Below, piece after piece: positions 52,413-64,000 of a stretch of 64,000 nucleotides of DNA (within the stretch, counting starts at the first letter, position 1; each line of letters begins with the position of its first letter). This DNA is from Sarea resinae. Lineage: Eukaryota. The stretch is from contig JAPEUD010000014.1 in the NCBI GenBank assembly GCA_026026165.1, forward strand, positions 124,001 to 188,000, read 5' to 3'. The notes beneath the pieces were generated by a model that was given only the letters and a program-made list of their open reading frames with translations, did not search any database and was not told where the DNA came from. The translations under genes were made by a program, and so were the position numbers.

Positions 52413-53501
52413 ATGGCGGCCTCTACGCTTTCTGCGATGAAGACGAAGCCAAAGTGCATCTTCTTCACCGATTTTGATGGCACAATTACCCTGAAAGACA
52501 GTATGTTGGCTCTCCACAGACCTGCGATCCCGGACTTGAAGGATCTGACCTCTGACCTTCACAGGCAATGACTACATGGTAAATACCATAGGCACCACGG
52601 CGAAGCTTGCGCTAACATTTGCGCGCAGACCGACAATCTGGGCTTCGGCGCGCAGAAGCGTCGTGAGGGGAACATTGAGATCCTCGAGCACCGGGCCACC
52701 TTCCGGTATGTGATTCTGCCGTCTAATAGATCTTTACCTGACTGACCAATACAGGGATGCATTCAAGGACATGCTGGACAGCATCAAGGACTACTCCTTT
52801 AACGAGTGCAAGCAAATCCTGATCGACAACATCAAGCTAGACCCGTATTTCAAGGATTTCTACCAGTGGGCACTTGCAAGCAACGTCCCCGTCGTCGTTC
52901 TCTCTTCCGGCATGGTTCCGATAATCCGCGGTCTGCTCACCCACCTTGTCGGCCCGGAGGCAGACAAGATCGAAATTATCAGCAACTTCGTCGAGGCCCG
53001 CGACAAGTCGCAGCTGAATGACCCAGAAGAGAAGTGGCTCGATGTCAAGGGTGGCTGGGAGATCCGATACCATGATGACAGCGATTTTGGCCACGATAAG
53101 TCGTTAGCCATCAGGCCATACGCCAATCTCCCCGCCAGTGAGCGGCCAATACTCTTCTATGCCGGTGATGGTGTCTCCGATCTTTCAGCCGCTCGTGAGA
53201 CGGACCTACTGTTTGCCAAGAAGGGACATGGTATGTCAGTGAAGAGTCGTGCTGGAACAATGCTAATGCTTGGCAGATTTGGTGACCTACTGCGAGCGGG
53301 AGAATGTGCCGTTCACCATCTTCGAGGACTGGAAGTCCATCCTGGAGACCACCAAGGAAATCTAGTAAGCTCACTAATTCATAGTTTGTGAATCTCTTCT
53401 GACCGTGAAACAGCGAGGGAAAGACTAGCGTCAAAAAGGTTGCGGCCGCCGGGGTTCAGGACTACAAGGAGGGCGGCAACGATATCAAGACGACGAAATA
53501 G
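52413..53501 (+). CDS. HAD-superfamily phosphatase (MtnX-like / yeast Pyp1-like)
   Basis: Six coding exons incl. a 14-nt microexon 52565-52578. FFTDFDGTIT.KDSNDY, VVLSSGM, FGHDKS, YAGDGVSDLSAARETDLLFAK. Confidence 0.9.
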
Positions 53502-53965
53502 AACATCGATGAACCAATTATGGCTGAATGCAAGGCAAAGATCTAATGTCTTGAATGGCGCAGATAAAGGTTGGCTAGCGGCTACCTCTGTTGTTGATCA
53601 AACAGAAACATATCAGCTAGACAATTATACGTACATATAATCGCAATAGAACAACACCCTGCGTAGGAAGCTGAGATTGAAGCAAGAAAATGATACCGCT
53701 TTAATACAAGCCCCGAGGCAAGTTGAGCTGGGAAAAATGGTAGTATGGCGTTCATGACAGGTAGGTACTCACTTATCGCTACCAAGCGTTGCCGCGGTCG
53801 GCAACGCCAGAAATTGTCTTGGCGCGCGCCTCCGAAATACAGAAAGAACTAAGCTGTGGAATCCCCATCTTCGACAAGAGATCCGTGATAACGCCCATCA
53901 ACACCATCATTCCATCCGGCCGGCTATCCTTCACCTTGCCACATCTCCAGCAGCCAATGCCAGTC

Positions 53966-54622
53966 ATGGCGTCCAATCTCTTCCGTCCCTTCCTCACCCT
54001 ACGTCCGTTCAACCCTCTCTCTACCCTAACTACACGCACCACCTCCACCTCCACCCCGTTCATCTCCCTCCTCCGCAGAAGCAACTTCCATACTACCGGC
54101 TCCCAATCAGCAACATACAACCAAGTGCTCCGCGGATGTCGTGTTGCGCAACGCGCTCGCAAGCCTATTTCCCCCGCGCTAGTCAATCATCCGGAGATGA
54201 AGGGCGTGTGTCTGAAAGTCGGGATCACGAAGCCGAAGAAGCCCAATTCTGCGGAACGGAAAACAGCGAGAGTGAGACTGAGCAGTGGAAGGGTGGTTAC
54301 GTGTTATATTCCGGGAGAAGGTTTGTCTTTGGGCCTGGTCATGCTTGTAGCGTCAGAATGTGGGCGGGCTGATGTTCGAGCGTCATTTATATAGGCCACA
54401 ACGTGCAGCAGCATTCCGTCGTCCTGGTCCGCGGCGGCAGAAGCCAGGATTGTCCTGGTGTGCGATATCATCTGGTTCGGGGCGCCATGGATCTGGTTCG
54501 TCGCCCATTTCACCCTGGCTGTTTCGATCCTATCTAATGTATGGATTCTATAGGGAGGCGTGCCGAACCGTCTCACATCACGTTCTAAGTACGGCACGAA
54601 GAAGCCGAAGGCCGCCTCTTAG
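53966..54622 (+). CDS. MRPS12: Mitochondrial ribosomal protein S12 (uS12m)
   Basis: Exons 53966-54320, 54395-54495, 54554-54622 (alternative ATG at 53957). Presequence, [53 protein letters not shown]. Confidence 0.95.
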
Positions 54623-55619
54623 ATGAGGACATGGTTCATTCAGTGTTCTTCCTTTTCTGTTCTTGAGTGGCTGTTATCAATGAGGGCGACAAATGGGGCT
54701 AAGGAGTGCGCTTGCCACGCCAAATGGACTGGAATCTGAATCACAGCGATTATCTCTCGAAGGGCGAGGAGCAACGGAACGGAAAACTAAGCCACACTTG
54801 AAGGCAGATATGGCTGTTGCGATCTCCACGAAGGATGCTATCGTAGACTTCTTGGTTTATATCAATTGGTCTCGTGGGCTTGGGAACGATAGGCGGTAGT
54901 GGAGAAGGAAGACTCGGCCATCAGCTGCTCCTCTATCAAACTACTGCCTCATGTATCTATCTACCTGCACGTCAACGTCAGAGCCGATGGGATCGTATAG
55001 ACGATTGTATAAAAATGTATCATACCTCACCTTAACTTGTTCTATCAAAGGACCGGTCCTCTCGAGGGGACGATTGGAAAACTGTGATCCGCATCACCTG
55101 GGTTATACAGCATATCTTACGCTCCATTATCTTCCAAGTAAATCAGATATCGACGACAATCTACGAGAGCCTTTGTGCCCCGTCAGATAACGACTTTCTG
55201 ACCGCAGCTGTCGTGACTAGACGAACACGCCTCCTTACTTACCTATCTGCTACCTTTTACCTGCCACCTAACCCGCGATGATTACGTCGTCGCGGATCCT
55301 CCTGTCCTGAGCAAAAAGTCTTTTCGCACTCAAGAGGCTTCATGAGACGGCGCGGCTTGCGCGACTTGGCTGGGCTGGACGTAGTTCCTCATGCCTGTAT
55401 TCGGGCGGATAGCCTAGGCATAGGCCCTGTTCATTTTTCCCATTGAATCACTGCATAGTATTCCAGTTCAAAGATGTAACCAAATGCTCGACTTGGATCC
55501 TACTTAGTACTCTTGCTATATAAATCATGCCGGACGCCTCTCAATGCTGGACAGATAAGAAATAGACTTGGCGCAGAAGACCCGCCAACAGGAGTTGTCG
55601 TGGTCGTGGACAACTCAAG

Positions 55620-56416
55620 TCAGACTGAATACTCCATATCCACATCGTCAGAGGTTCTGTGACCATTGCTTCGCCTGACCCCCCTGGAGCCTCGTATCTC
55701 AACCTCGAGCTCTTGACTCTCGGGGATCATGCCAGTGCTCTCGTCCCCAACGGCGGCTGAATTGGCCTTCTCCTGCTCGCCGTCTTGTGCCACGGCATGA
55801 TTCGCATCCGAAGCCCTTTGCTTCCCTTTTCTCACCTTCCTCGCTTTCTTGCCATCCAGTGTCGTCTGACCAGCTTCTCTCTCCTGTGCTACCTCTTTGG
55901 CGTTTTTCTCCTTTCTTTCCTGCTTCTGCTTGAACTGTCTGTATGTCGTCGTCTTCGGGACCACGTCGCCGAGGAACTTGTCGAAGGGGAAGTACGAGAC
56001 TGCATTCGCTATGTCTTTGTACTGCACGACTCTCCGCTGCTTCCTGTCTGTTTTCATGACCGAATGTGTGCGGTCTGCTAGGTATTGGATGAACATCTCC
56101 TTTCGGGGCGTATTAGCTCAACGGCTCTGGCTGAAGGAGGAAGAGACTGGACGATATCATTCACGGAAAAGGTAGAGAAGGCGACTCACAGTGGCTATCG
56201 CGATGGCGAAGGTGGCATTGCTGGAGCAATTGTTGACGTCTTCGTCGACGTGTATTATGCGCTTGATACGCGAGACTGTGTGAGGGCAGGTCAGCGGTGA
56301 AGCCTTATTGAAGTCCCAATCGAGGACAGCATACGTGGCAGAGCAGCTTGACCGGTGAGATCATCGGATCGAGGAACCTTAGCGTATTTGGGCTCCGGGT
56401 GATGAGGTTTGGACAT
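55620..56416 (-). CDS. DPB3: Histone-fold protein, DNA polymerase epsilon subunit C / Dpb3-like
   Basis: Exons 56416-56335, 56275-56190, 56099-55620. LPLSRIKRII..DEDV, IAIATEMFIQYLA, RRVVQYKDIANAV, FLGDVVP. Confidence 0.8.
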
Positions 56417-56705
56417 GATGGAAGAGAAGAAGAAGATGGCGGGGGGCCGATCTGATTCGGATTTATTACTTGGTATGCTAGATGCGCCGTCAAGATGCTC
56501 GGGATGAGCGAGAGCTGGAGTTTCTCATGGACCTTCTGACCAGGTGGCGCGTGAGTGAGAGTAAGGCACGGATGGGAGGAGAAAGAAGATAGTGCAGAGA
56601 GGTTTGATACGAAGTAGCTATTCGTAGAGACAATGGAAGGCGGAATATCTCCAAAATATCACATAGCACATTGATGATCTCGCTGTCATATTCCCGTCAC
56701 AATCA

Positions 56706-56751
56706 ACGCGTCTTTACACGATTCTACAGCTCATTGACTCGGCTGACGCGT
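56706..56751. promoter_or_regulatory. Two MCB (ACGCGT) elements in the DPB3/CLC divergent promoter
   Basis: ACGCGT at 56706-56711 and 56746-56751, upstream of a replication-polymerase subunit. Confidence 0.5.
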
Positions 56752-56977
56752 GAAAAGCGCCAACGGGAAGCGCATGCTCGAAGATCAATTACATGGCCTC
56801 ATTCGGCTAATTCCGCGATGTTCAACATGTACGAAGTTACGGACAAGGGCATCGCGCGCAGCTTGTCTACAAGCGATAACGGTGATAGCAATACTACTGT
56901 AGCAATAGCAACAGAACAAATCGCTCCATCTCGCGGCTCAACATCACCTCCAAGGCCATGAGGACGAGCCCGAGGTG

Positions 56978-59900
56978 ATGAACTCCCGCTCTCCTTCCTC
57001 TGCGAGTCTTCGCCTGTCACAGCCGTCTCGGCGACCGTCGTCGATTCGGACCTTGTCGCAACGCTTCTCAGCTCTCTCGGCCACCGAGCAAGGCCAGCAC
57101 GAAGCTGTCGCCAGCGGCGCCGATCACCAGATCCATGAAGAGATAGAGGAGATCAAAAGATATGAGGTAGGCCACTCCGAGGAGCCCGTCGCATTTCCTT
57201 GCTAATCTGACTTTTGGTAGGACTTTACCACCATAGGTAAGTGCTCCGGCGCGTCGAAAAGCTCGCGATGAATCCGGGCAAGCAAGTTGATAGGTCTTAG
57301 ACTGGGTACAGGATGCTGCGCGGGAGCAATTACGAAGGAAAGCACGACGGAAAGAAAGTGCGGGCTTTTTCGAGCGAGAGGGTGGAAGAGGTTGGCGACG
57401 AAAAGTATGGGAGTCATATGATGCCGGACAAGGCTGGATAGTGGTCAGCCTGATTGGTGAGGATGAACTTCAGACACACTTTGGGATGAACGAAGCTTAG
57501 TGAAAATTTAGGGGCTGCAATTGGTTTAAACGCGGCGTTTCTAAATATTATTACGGAGTGGCTGTCTGATATCAAACTTGGATACTGCACCACGGCGTTC
57601 TATCTGAACGAGAGCTTTTGCTGTTGGGGCGCAGAAAATGGTGCGTGTCTATCTAGCTTTCCCGTCGCTATGGTCAAGGCTGACGGTAGAAGGTTGCCCG
57701 GAATGGCATCGCTGGAGTTCAATTTGGCCCGTGAACTATACGCTTTATATACTCTTCTCAGTAGCCTCCCTCCATTCTCACCGTTCTTGCGAACTCAAGC
57801 TGACATTAGTTAGATTTTATTCTCTCTGACCGCCGCGACCCTTGTGAAGTCATTTGCTCCTTACGCAGCAGGCTCTGGAATATCAGAGATCAAATGCATC
57901 ATTGCTGGCTTTGTCATGAAAGGCTTCCTCGGCTTCTGGACGCTGCTAATCAAGTCTATTGGCTTGCCACTTGCTATCGCATCCGGCTTGTCCGTTGGAA
58001 AAGAAGGGCCCAGCGTTCATTATGCTGTCTGCACAGGCAACGTCATCTCGAGATTTTTCGACAAATACAAGCGTAATGCGGCAAAGACACGGGAAATCCT
58101 TAGTGCTTGCGCCGCTGCAGGAGTAGCTGTCGCATTCGGTAGTCCTATCGGAGGTGTTTTGTTCTCTCTAGAGGTAGGCCGTTTCTATGGTCAGTCGTTC
58201 GCTCTTCAGGGGCTGACATAGATCGCTACAGGAAATGTCATCCTATTTCCCGCTGAAAACCATGTGGAGGAGCTATTTCTGTGCCCTAGTCGCCACGGCT
58301 GTATTAGCGGTAGGTTCATGCCTCGGGTGGAATCCATGTCAGGCTACTGACAGATCTAATAGGCAATGAATCCCTTCCGTACGGGACAGCTGGTCATGTT
58401 TCAAGTCAAGTATGACCGCTCATGGCACTTCTTTGAGATCATTTTTTTTATAATCCTTGGGATCTTCGGTGGCTTGTATGGTGCATTTGTCATTAAATGG
58501 AATCTTCGCGCTCAAGCTTTCCGGAAGAACTATCTCACCAAATATGCAATCGCTGAAGCAACTTTCCTTGCTGCGGCCACCGCGATAGTCGCGTATCCCA
58601 ACATGTTTCTCCGCATCGACATGACAGAGAGCATGGAAATCCTCTTCCTGGAGTGCGAAGGTGGCCATGACTACAACGGGCTCTGCGAGTAAGCGTACTA
58701 TGTATCTTCTTATAAAATTCGCGCTGACAGTGAGAAGTCGAAAGAATCGCTGGTCAATGGTGCTCTCTTTGGCCATAGCGACCGTCATTCGAATGTTCTT
58801 CGTCATCATCTCTTATGGCTGTAAGGTTCCGGCAGGTATTTTTGTACCATCTATGGCGATTGGAGCCTCCTTCGGCAGGATGGTTGGCATCATGGTACAG
58901 GCTCTTCATGAATCCTTCCCTAACGCGAAGTTTTTCTCTACCTGTGAGCCTGATGTCCCATGTATCACGCCCGGGACATATGCATTTCTCGGAGCTGGTG
59001 CAGCCTTGAGTGGTATAATGCACATCACTGTTTCTGTGGTGGTTATCATGTTCGAGCTCACCGGAGCGCTGACTTATATATTGCCAACAATGGTAAGACT
59101 TCCTACTCGATTTACCCCAGGTACTCATTTGCTCATGCGATCCTCTAGATTGTTGTTGGTGTGACGAAAGCTGTGAGCGACCGTTTTGGCAAAGGAGGCA
59201 TTGCAGACCGAATGATTTGGTTCAATGGATTTCCCTTCCTTGACAACAAGGAAGAGCATACGTTCGGAGTACCAGTATCTCACGTTATGACCACTAAAAT
59301 GAAGGTCCTACCCGTCTCAGGGCTAGCGCTACAAGACATCGAAGCGATCATGGCCGAAAACAAATTCCAGGGATATCCATTAGTAGAGAGCAGGAACTCG
59401 AATGTCCTGCTTGGATACATAGGTCGCACGGAGTTACGCTATGCGATTGATCGTGCCCAACGCGAAGGACGTGTATCTCCAAACGCGAAATGTTTCTTCA
59501 CACCTCCGGCATCCAGCGCCACCAGAAACTCTTCCACTACTTCTGCACCGCCTATAACTTTTGAGGGCATCGCCGCCTCCTCTGGAGCAATCGTCGATTT
59601 CAGCCGCTTTATCGACCCCACGCCTCTAGCAGTACACCCGAGGCTGCCTCTGGAGACAGTAATGGAATTGTTCAAGAAAATGGGTCCCAGAGTGATCCTA
59701 ATTGAGTATCGGGGCAGACTATCTGGTCTGGTCACCGTAAAGGACTGCTTGAAGTACCAATTCAAGGTCGAAGCGCAAGATAACCCGAGAGATGATTCGG
59801 CACTAGCGGAAAGCCAAGCAAGGCTTTGGGATCTCTTGAACCGTGCTGGCGGATCGCTGACCGACATAGCATTTCGCCTTTCACGCGGTAAGATAAGGAT

Positions 59901-60054
59901 AGGAAACAGGAGGGGGCAGCAGGATCACGCCTGGGAAACGACGCCGTCTGGGGATCAGCGTGATAATAGATCACCTATTGGTCCCGGGTCACGAAGGTAC
60001 GTGTTGGATGGCACTGAAGACGTCGATCCTGGGGTAGAGCTGGATGACCAATGA
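56978..60054 (+). CDS. GEF1: CLC voltage-gated chloride channel/antiporter (Gef1/ClC-3-like) with CBS domains
   Basis: Multi-exon incl. a 16-nt microexon 57221-57236 (RYE-DFTTID-W). [50 protein letters not shown] pair. Confidence 0.93.
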
Positions 60055-60536
60055 TCTAGCTTTAGTTGAGAGTATCAACGCCATCTTTTCAGAAATAAAG
60101 CTGTATACCCGAGAGGGCGCTCATGCCTACAAATTATTACTGCAATTTTTGCTTACCCAGACGTACTATATGGATTAGATTGGCAGCCCTAATGCGAATA
60201 ATGCATACATGTGTAAACTGGCCGAGGTTGGCATTTGCCTTCACGAGTCAAAGCTGCTGACATTGAGAACCTGAAATGCACAACCTATTCAAGGAAACAG
60301 CACGATCCATACCTTACCTTATACGCATCGTCTAGCTCTGAAGAACATATTTACCTCGAGTCTCTCTTCTGTTTTGATACTCCTCTACACAGGACCCTAA
60401 AGACCACAAGATCAATTCGATCCATACTTATCACCTAGCTCTGCAGATAATTTCCTGCTCTCTTCAAGTTCCTTCGACACACCGAGCATTCGCGACTTCG
60501 GCTGTTGTGTATATCTATGCCCGACGACAAGACGCG

Positions 60537-61730
60537 ATGAACGAGGATTCGTTGTCGACTCTCATATACACTCCTGCTTCTCTAGATGCTTTTCTTTGCA
60601 GACTCGCCAGAATACCCAAACGGCCAGCTCGACGGCGGAAGAAGCCTACAGATGTGGTGATAGCTTCCGTTGAGCTCGGTGATGGAGAAGCCGCGACCGA
60701 GAGTAGTGAGCAGAGGATCGAGGATGGACTGGATCTTGAAGAGACGGCAGAACATTCGGATAGCCCGGTAATACATGACGGATCAGAGGATGGGGAGATT
60801 CCTAATGTTCTTGACGGTGGAAGTCCAACAATAGATCCCGATGCTCGAACGGCCAAGGATAGACTGGAATCACTGGAGAGGTGCGAGATGGAGGCTCTAG
60901 ATGAATGCAAACCGAGATTGCCGCTTGTCACCTATTCCAAGAAGGGGAGAATCCGGCCTAGAGCTCTCCACTCTAGTCCAGATCAAGCTGAAAGACCATC
61001 ACCTGAAACTATGGACCCCTCAGTGCAGAGGCACACTTTGGTCTCGGATGCGTACCGGACGAGGAATGACCGCAATGCACACCAGAGCCGGGTTTCAGAT
61101 TCCAAGCACAGAACCAGCCTCACAACACGACCTAGAACCCGTGCAAATGCTACAAAGATCCACAAATCAAAGCCTTCTGCGAAGAACAGCCAGAAAAGAA
61201 AACGAGAAGCAAAGTCGAAAGAGTACAACTCTCGACATCTACCAGTGAACGAGCTGGATCTGATCCCCATCCTTCCTGACGACGTCGAACACCCGTTTGC
61301 CAAGAGGTTAGCTGTAAGCTGTTCTGCCCGCTGTCTCGACTAATATTATATTAATTTCCACCTTCAGGGCACAAGAAGTTCAGGACCATCGAGCGGAGAC
61401 GAAAGCGAGGATTCCATAATTGAAACGCAACCAGCAGCATCCCTGAAAGGAGAGGCTGAGCGGGGGGGTCAACTAGCATCTCGCCCTGGTGAGACGCGAA
61501 TGCTAGATTCAAAAGCAGTTCTTCAACGGCAAAAGAGGTCCCACAGAGAGGGGAGCGGGTTCGATGGATACGTTCTCCCGGAGACTGACACTGTGGCATT
61601 CATGGCCCTTGGTGGCGCTGGCCGAAGGCGAAGGAGGCAAAGGGGTGAAGCCTCCTTCGTCGTTACCAGATGCTTTGGGAAGCTTGAGCTGGGGTGCGGT
61701 GGGGTTCTTGGGTCTGACTCTGAGGCGTGA
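60537..61730 (+). CDS. Hypothetical (orphan-like) basic, largely disordered protein, ~379 aa
   Basis: ORF 60537-61313 joins ORF 61368-61730 in frame via intron 61314-61367 (GTAAGC..ACTAAT..CAG). No recognisable domain. Confidence 0.55.
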
Positions 61731-64000
61731 AGAAGAGTTGGCCGATATAATGGTTGTCAGGGAAATATCATATTTGGGATCCAAGAATGAGGTTATAATG
61801 AGCAAGTTACGGCTTAAGAGGGTCTTGAGGACCGTGAGACTAGGTACCCTCAGACCATTCTAATGGTTCCATATTGCTGAACTCTTGACACAGTACTGGC
61901 GACTAGTTGCTCAAACCGGCTTCCCCTACTATCTGTAGGAAGGGTTAGATCTGTGCCGTACTTTTTGAGGTACGAAAGACCTGCTGCTTATCTATCTGTC
62001 TTTTCTCCATGTCTATTTATCCATCTATCCACCCGTGACACGACTATGTAGTATGTATCGCAAGTTCTGTTTGCGATCTAGCATCAAACAATGAAGCATC
62101 AATATCAAATTTCGAAGCCACGACTCCTTGGACCTGGCTACCGCCGAGATCAAGTCTTCGACCATCGATCACTGACTTGGACTCTTCCACATGCGCCATG
62201 GGCATACGGACGATGGACGATACGGACAAGTCTCAAGCACTCAAGCCGCTTTGCCACATCGCACGAACAAATAGACGCCCGCAGGCCCGAAAGATGGATT
62301 CATGGATGGATGGATCTGCACTGCGGCTGCGCTGCAGGCGTCCGTTTGAGGCGACGACGGCCCGCGCCAAGCAACCCGACGGTCTGGCAGGCGGATGAGG
62401 CGGCAAGGGATGCTACAGGTTGGAATTGAGTGCTGACAGCATCCCCTTAGCTACGCTGCCATGACGCTACCTGGCTCAACCCGGTACGAGATCAGGCAGA
62501 CACATCGCGCGCACCGCCAATGATACCTGGGGGCCGTCAGGCAAGCAGGCGAGGCAAACAGGCAAACACCTCAGGCAACAGCCAGACCGCTCCGGGATGT
62601 GGGGGAGGTAAAGATATCATGCCATCGACTCGTCATCCCGATCGCCGCCGACAGCTGTTTGTGGCTGATTGAAGTGGAAGTGAATGGCGAATGGAGGTGA
62701 ATAGGCAGCAGAGACACTACTCAAACATGCGGAAACTCCACACTGCCGAGCCAATTGGGGTGTCTACTCGGTACTAATATACAGTAGTCACGGTCGAGTA
62801 CGAAGTCGCTTCGTGCATACAGGTTCAGTGACTCTGCACTGAAGTACATGACTTCCGTACTACGGAGTACCCCATTTCTGCCTGATGGACGGTCTGACCC
62901 AAGATACTGGAATCAGAGGATCGGCCCAAGTCATATCGGTCCTTCGGCTTTTTGCAGAGCACGAAGAGCGAGCTCCCTAAACTGCATTGAAGTTCAGAGG
63001 CCCATCATGCTGAAGAGGGGCTATTCGTATACGACTACCAATTCACATTGACACAGTATTCGGGACCAGAAGTTCATCTGTGACGAGAGTAGAGTAGGTC
63101 CTCTCGAATCCGAAGGATCGCGGACCGAGACCCTTAGTTCGTTGCTGCTCCGGCACCAACGATGAAGGGGCCTGAAGAGGACGGCACGGAGGCCCGGGGG
63201 GGGGGAAGAGAGAGGACTCGTACCGCAGCACTATGTAGATCCTAGGACCCCACATGGCATCATTGCGCCAGGCAGATATGGCGCCGGCGGTTAACCGCGC
63301 ATCGCTCGGCCATTCGCGTCTGATGCCACCTGGACCCACGACCACCACCCGTGCCTCTCAGGACGAGCAAGACTAATCGACTGCCCGAACGGTGACGCTG
63401 ACGGTAGATCGCCAAGTCCCTGCCCTACCCAAGCATAGTAGTACGAGCCAGGACCGGGAACGGACCTACTAATGATCATCTAAATTAGCGGGGATTTCAC
63501 TTTCCACCTTCTGGACCGAGCGCCTTGGGGTCCTGGAGTCTTGGACCCTTGGGCCCTGGCCCTGACACGATCCCCTGCTTGTCCGTAAGAATCAGTCAGC
63601 CGTTTCCCCTTCCTCATCCTGGTCTCCCCTGGGGGCTGAGGTGATGCGCTTTGCAGCAATGAAACGATGGCGAGGGCCGCGAATAAGGTTTCGCTCTGTG
63701 CTTGTGCTTGTGCTGGTGTTTGTGCTTGTGCTCGAGCCCGTGCATCCCGAGGCAGTGCGCCCGTCGGAGAAGCCTTGCAGCGTCTAAATGCAACATCGAC
63801 ACCGACAACGTGGATACGGGTGGGCTAGGACGTGGCGGCGGTGCAATAATACGACCACATAATCTTTTCCGCTCCTAGGGTCTTGACGTCCTGCTCAGAC
63901 GATCACCCAATACCGGTAAGGATGGGGCTTGGCATCGAATTGATTGACTGAGAGCCCCGGAAATATCTCTAGCAGTCCAAGTACGCTCGAGAGACATCAT

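Overview
Gene-dense euchromatic window from a filamentous ascomycete (Pezizomycotina-type genes; short GT-AG introns with CTRAY branch points). I reconstructed 23 protein-coding genes by hand: an RBR E3 ligase, REV7, importin-9/KAP114, a HET-C homolog, a GH72 glucanosyltransferase, TOM20, EXO84, PP2A catalytic subunit, SYN8, a small mitochondrial-type protein, SAL1, an uncharacterised Ser-rich protein, GPN2, BUB3, PAT1, a KRE2/KTR mannosyltransferase, Rieske RIP1, SHE9, a HAD phosphatase, MRPS12, a DPB3-like histone-fold protein, a CLC channel and one orphan. I found no tRNA, rRNA, CRISPR array or intact transposon, and no clearly novel multi-gene system. The most unusual signals are non-coding. 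Microsatellite islands recur every ~11-14 kb between convergent 3' ends, flanked by GC3-rich codons and with RIP-like TG>TA decay. There is also a dispersed TACT-N4-AGTA palindrome family, two long structured introns, two GC-AG introns, and several candidate alternative-isoform mechanisms (tandem in-frame donors, intron-borne in-frame ATGs, a cryptic PTS1-like tail after a stop). Exon boundaries were derived by eye and gene names come from recognised motifs, not database searches.
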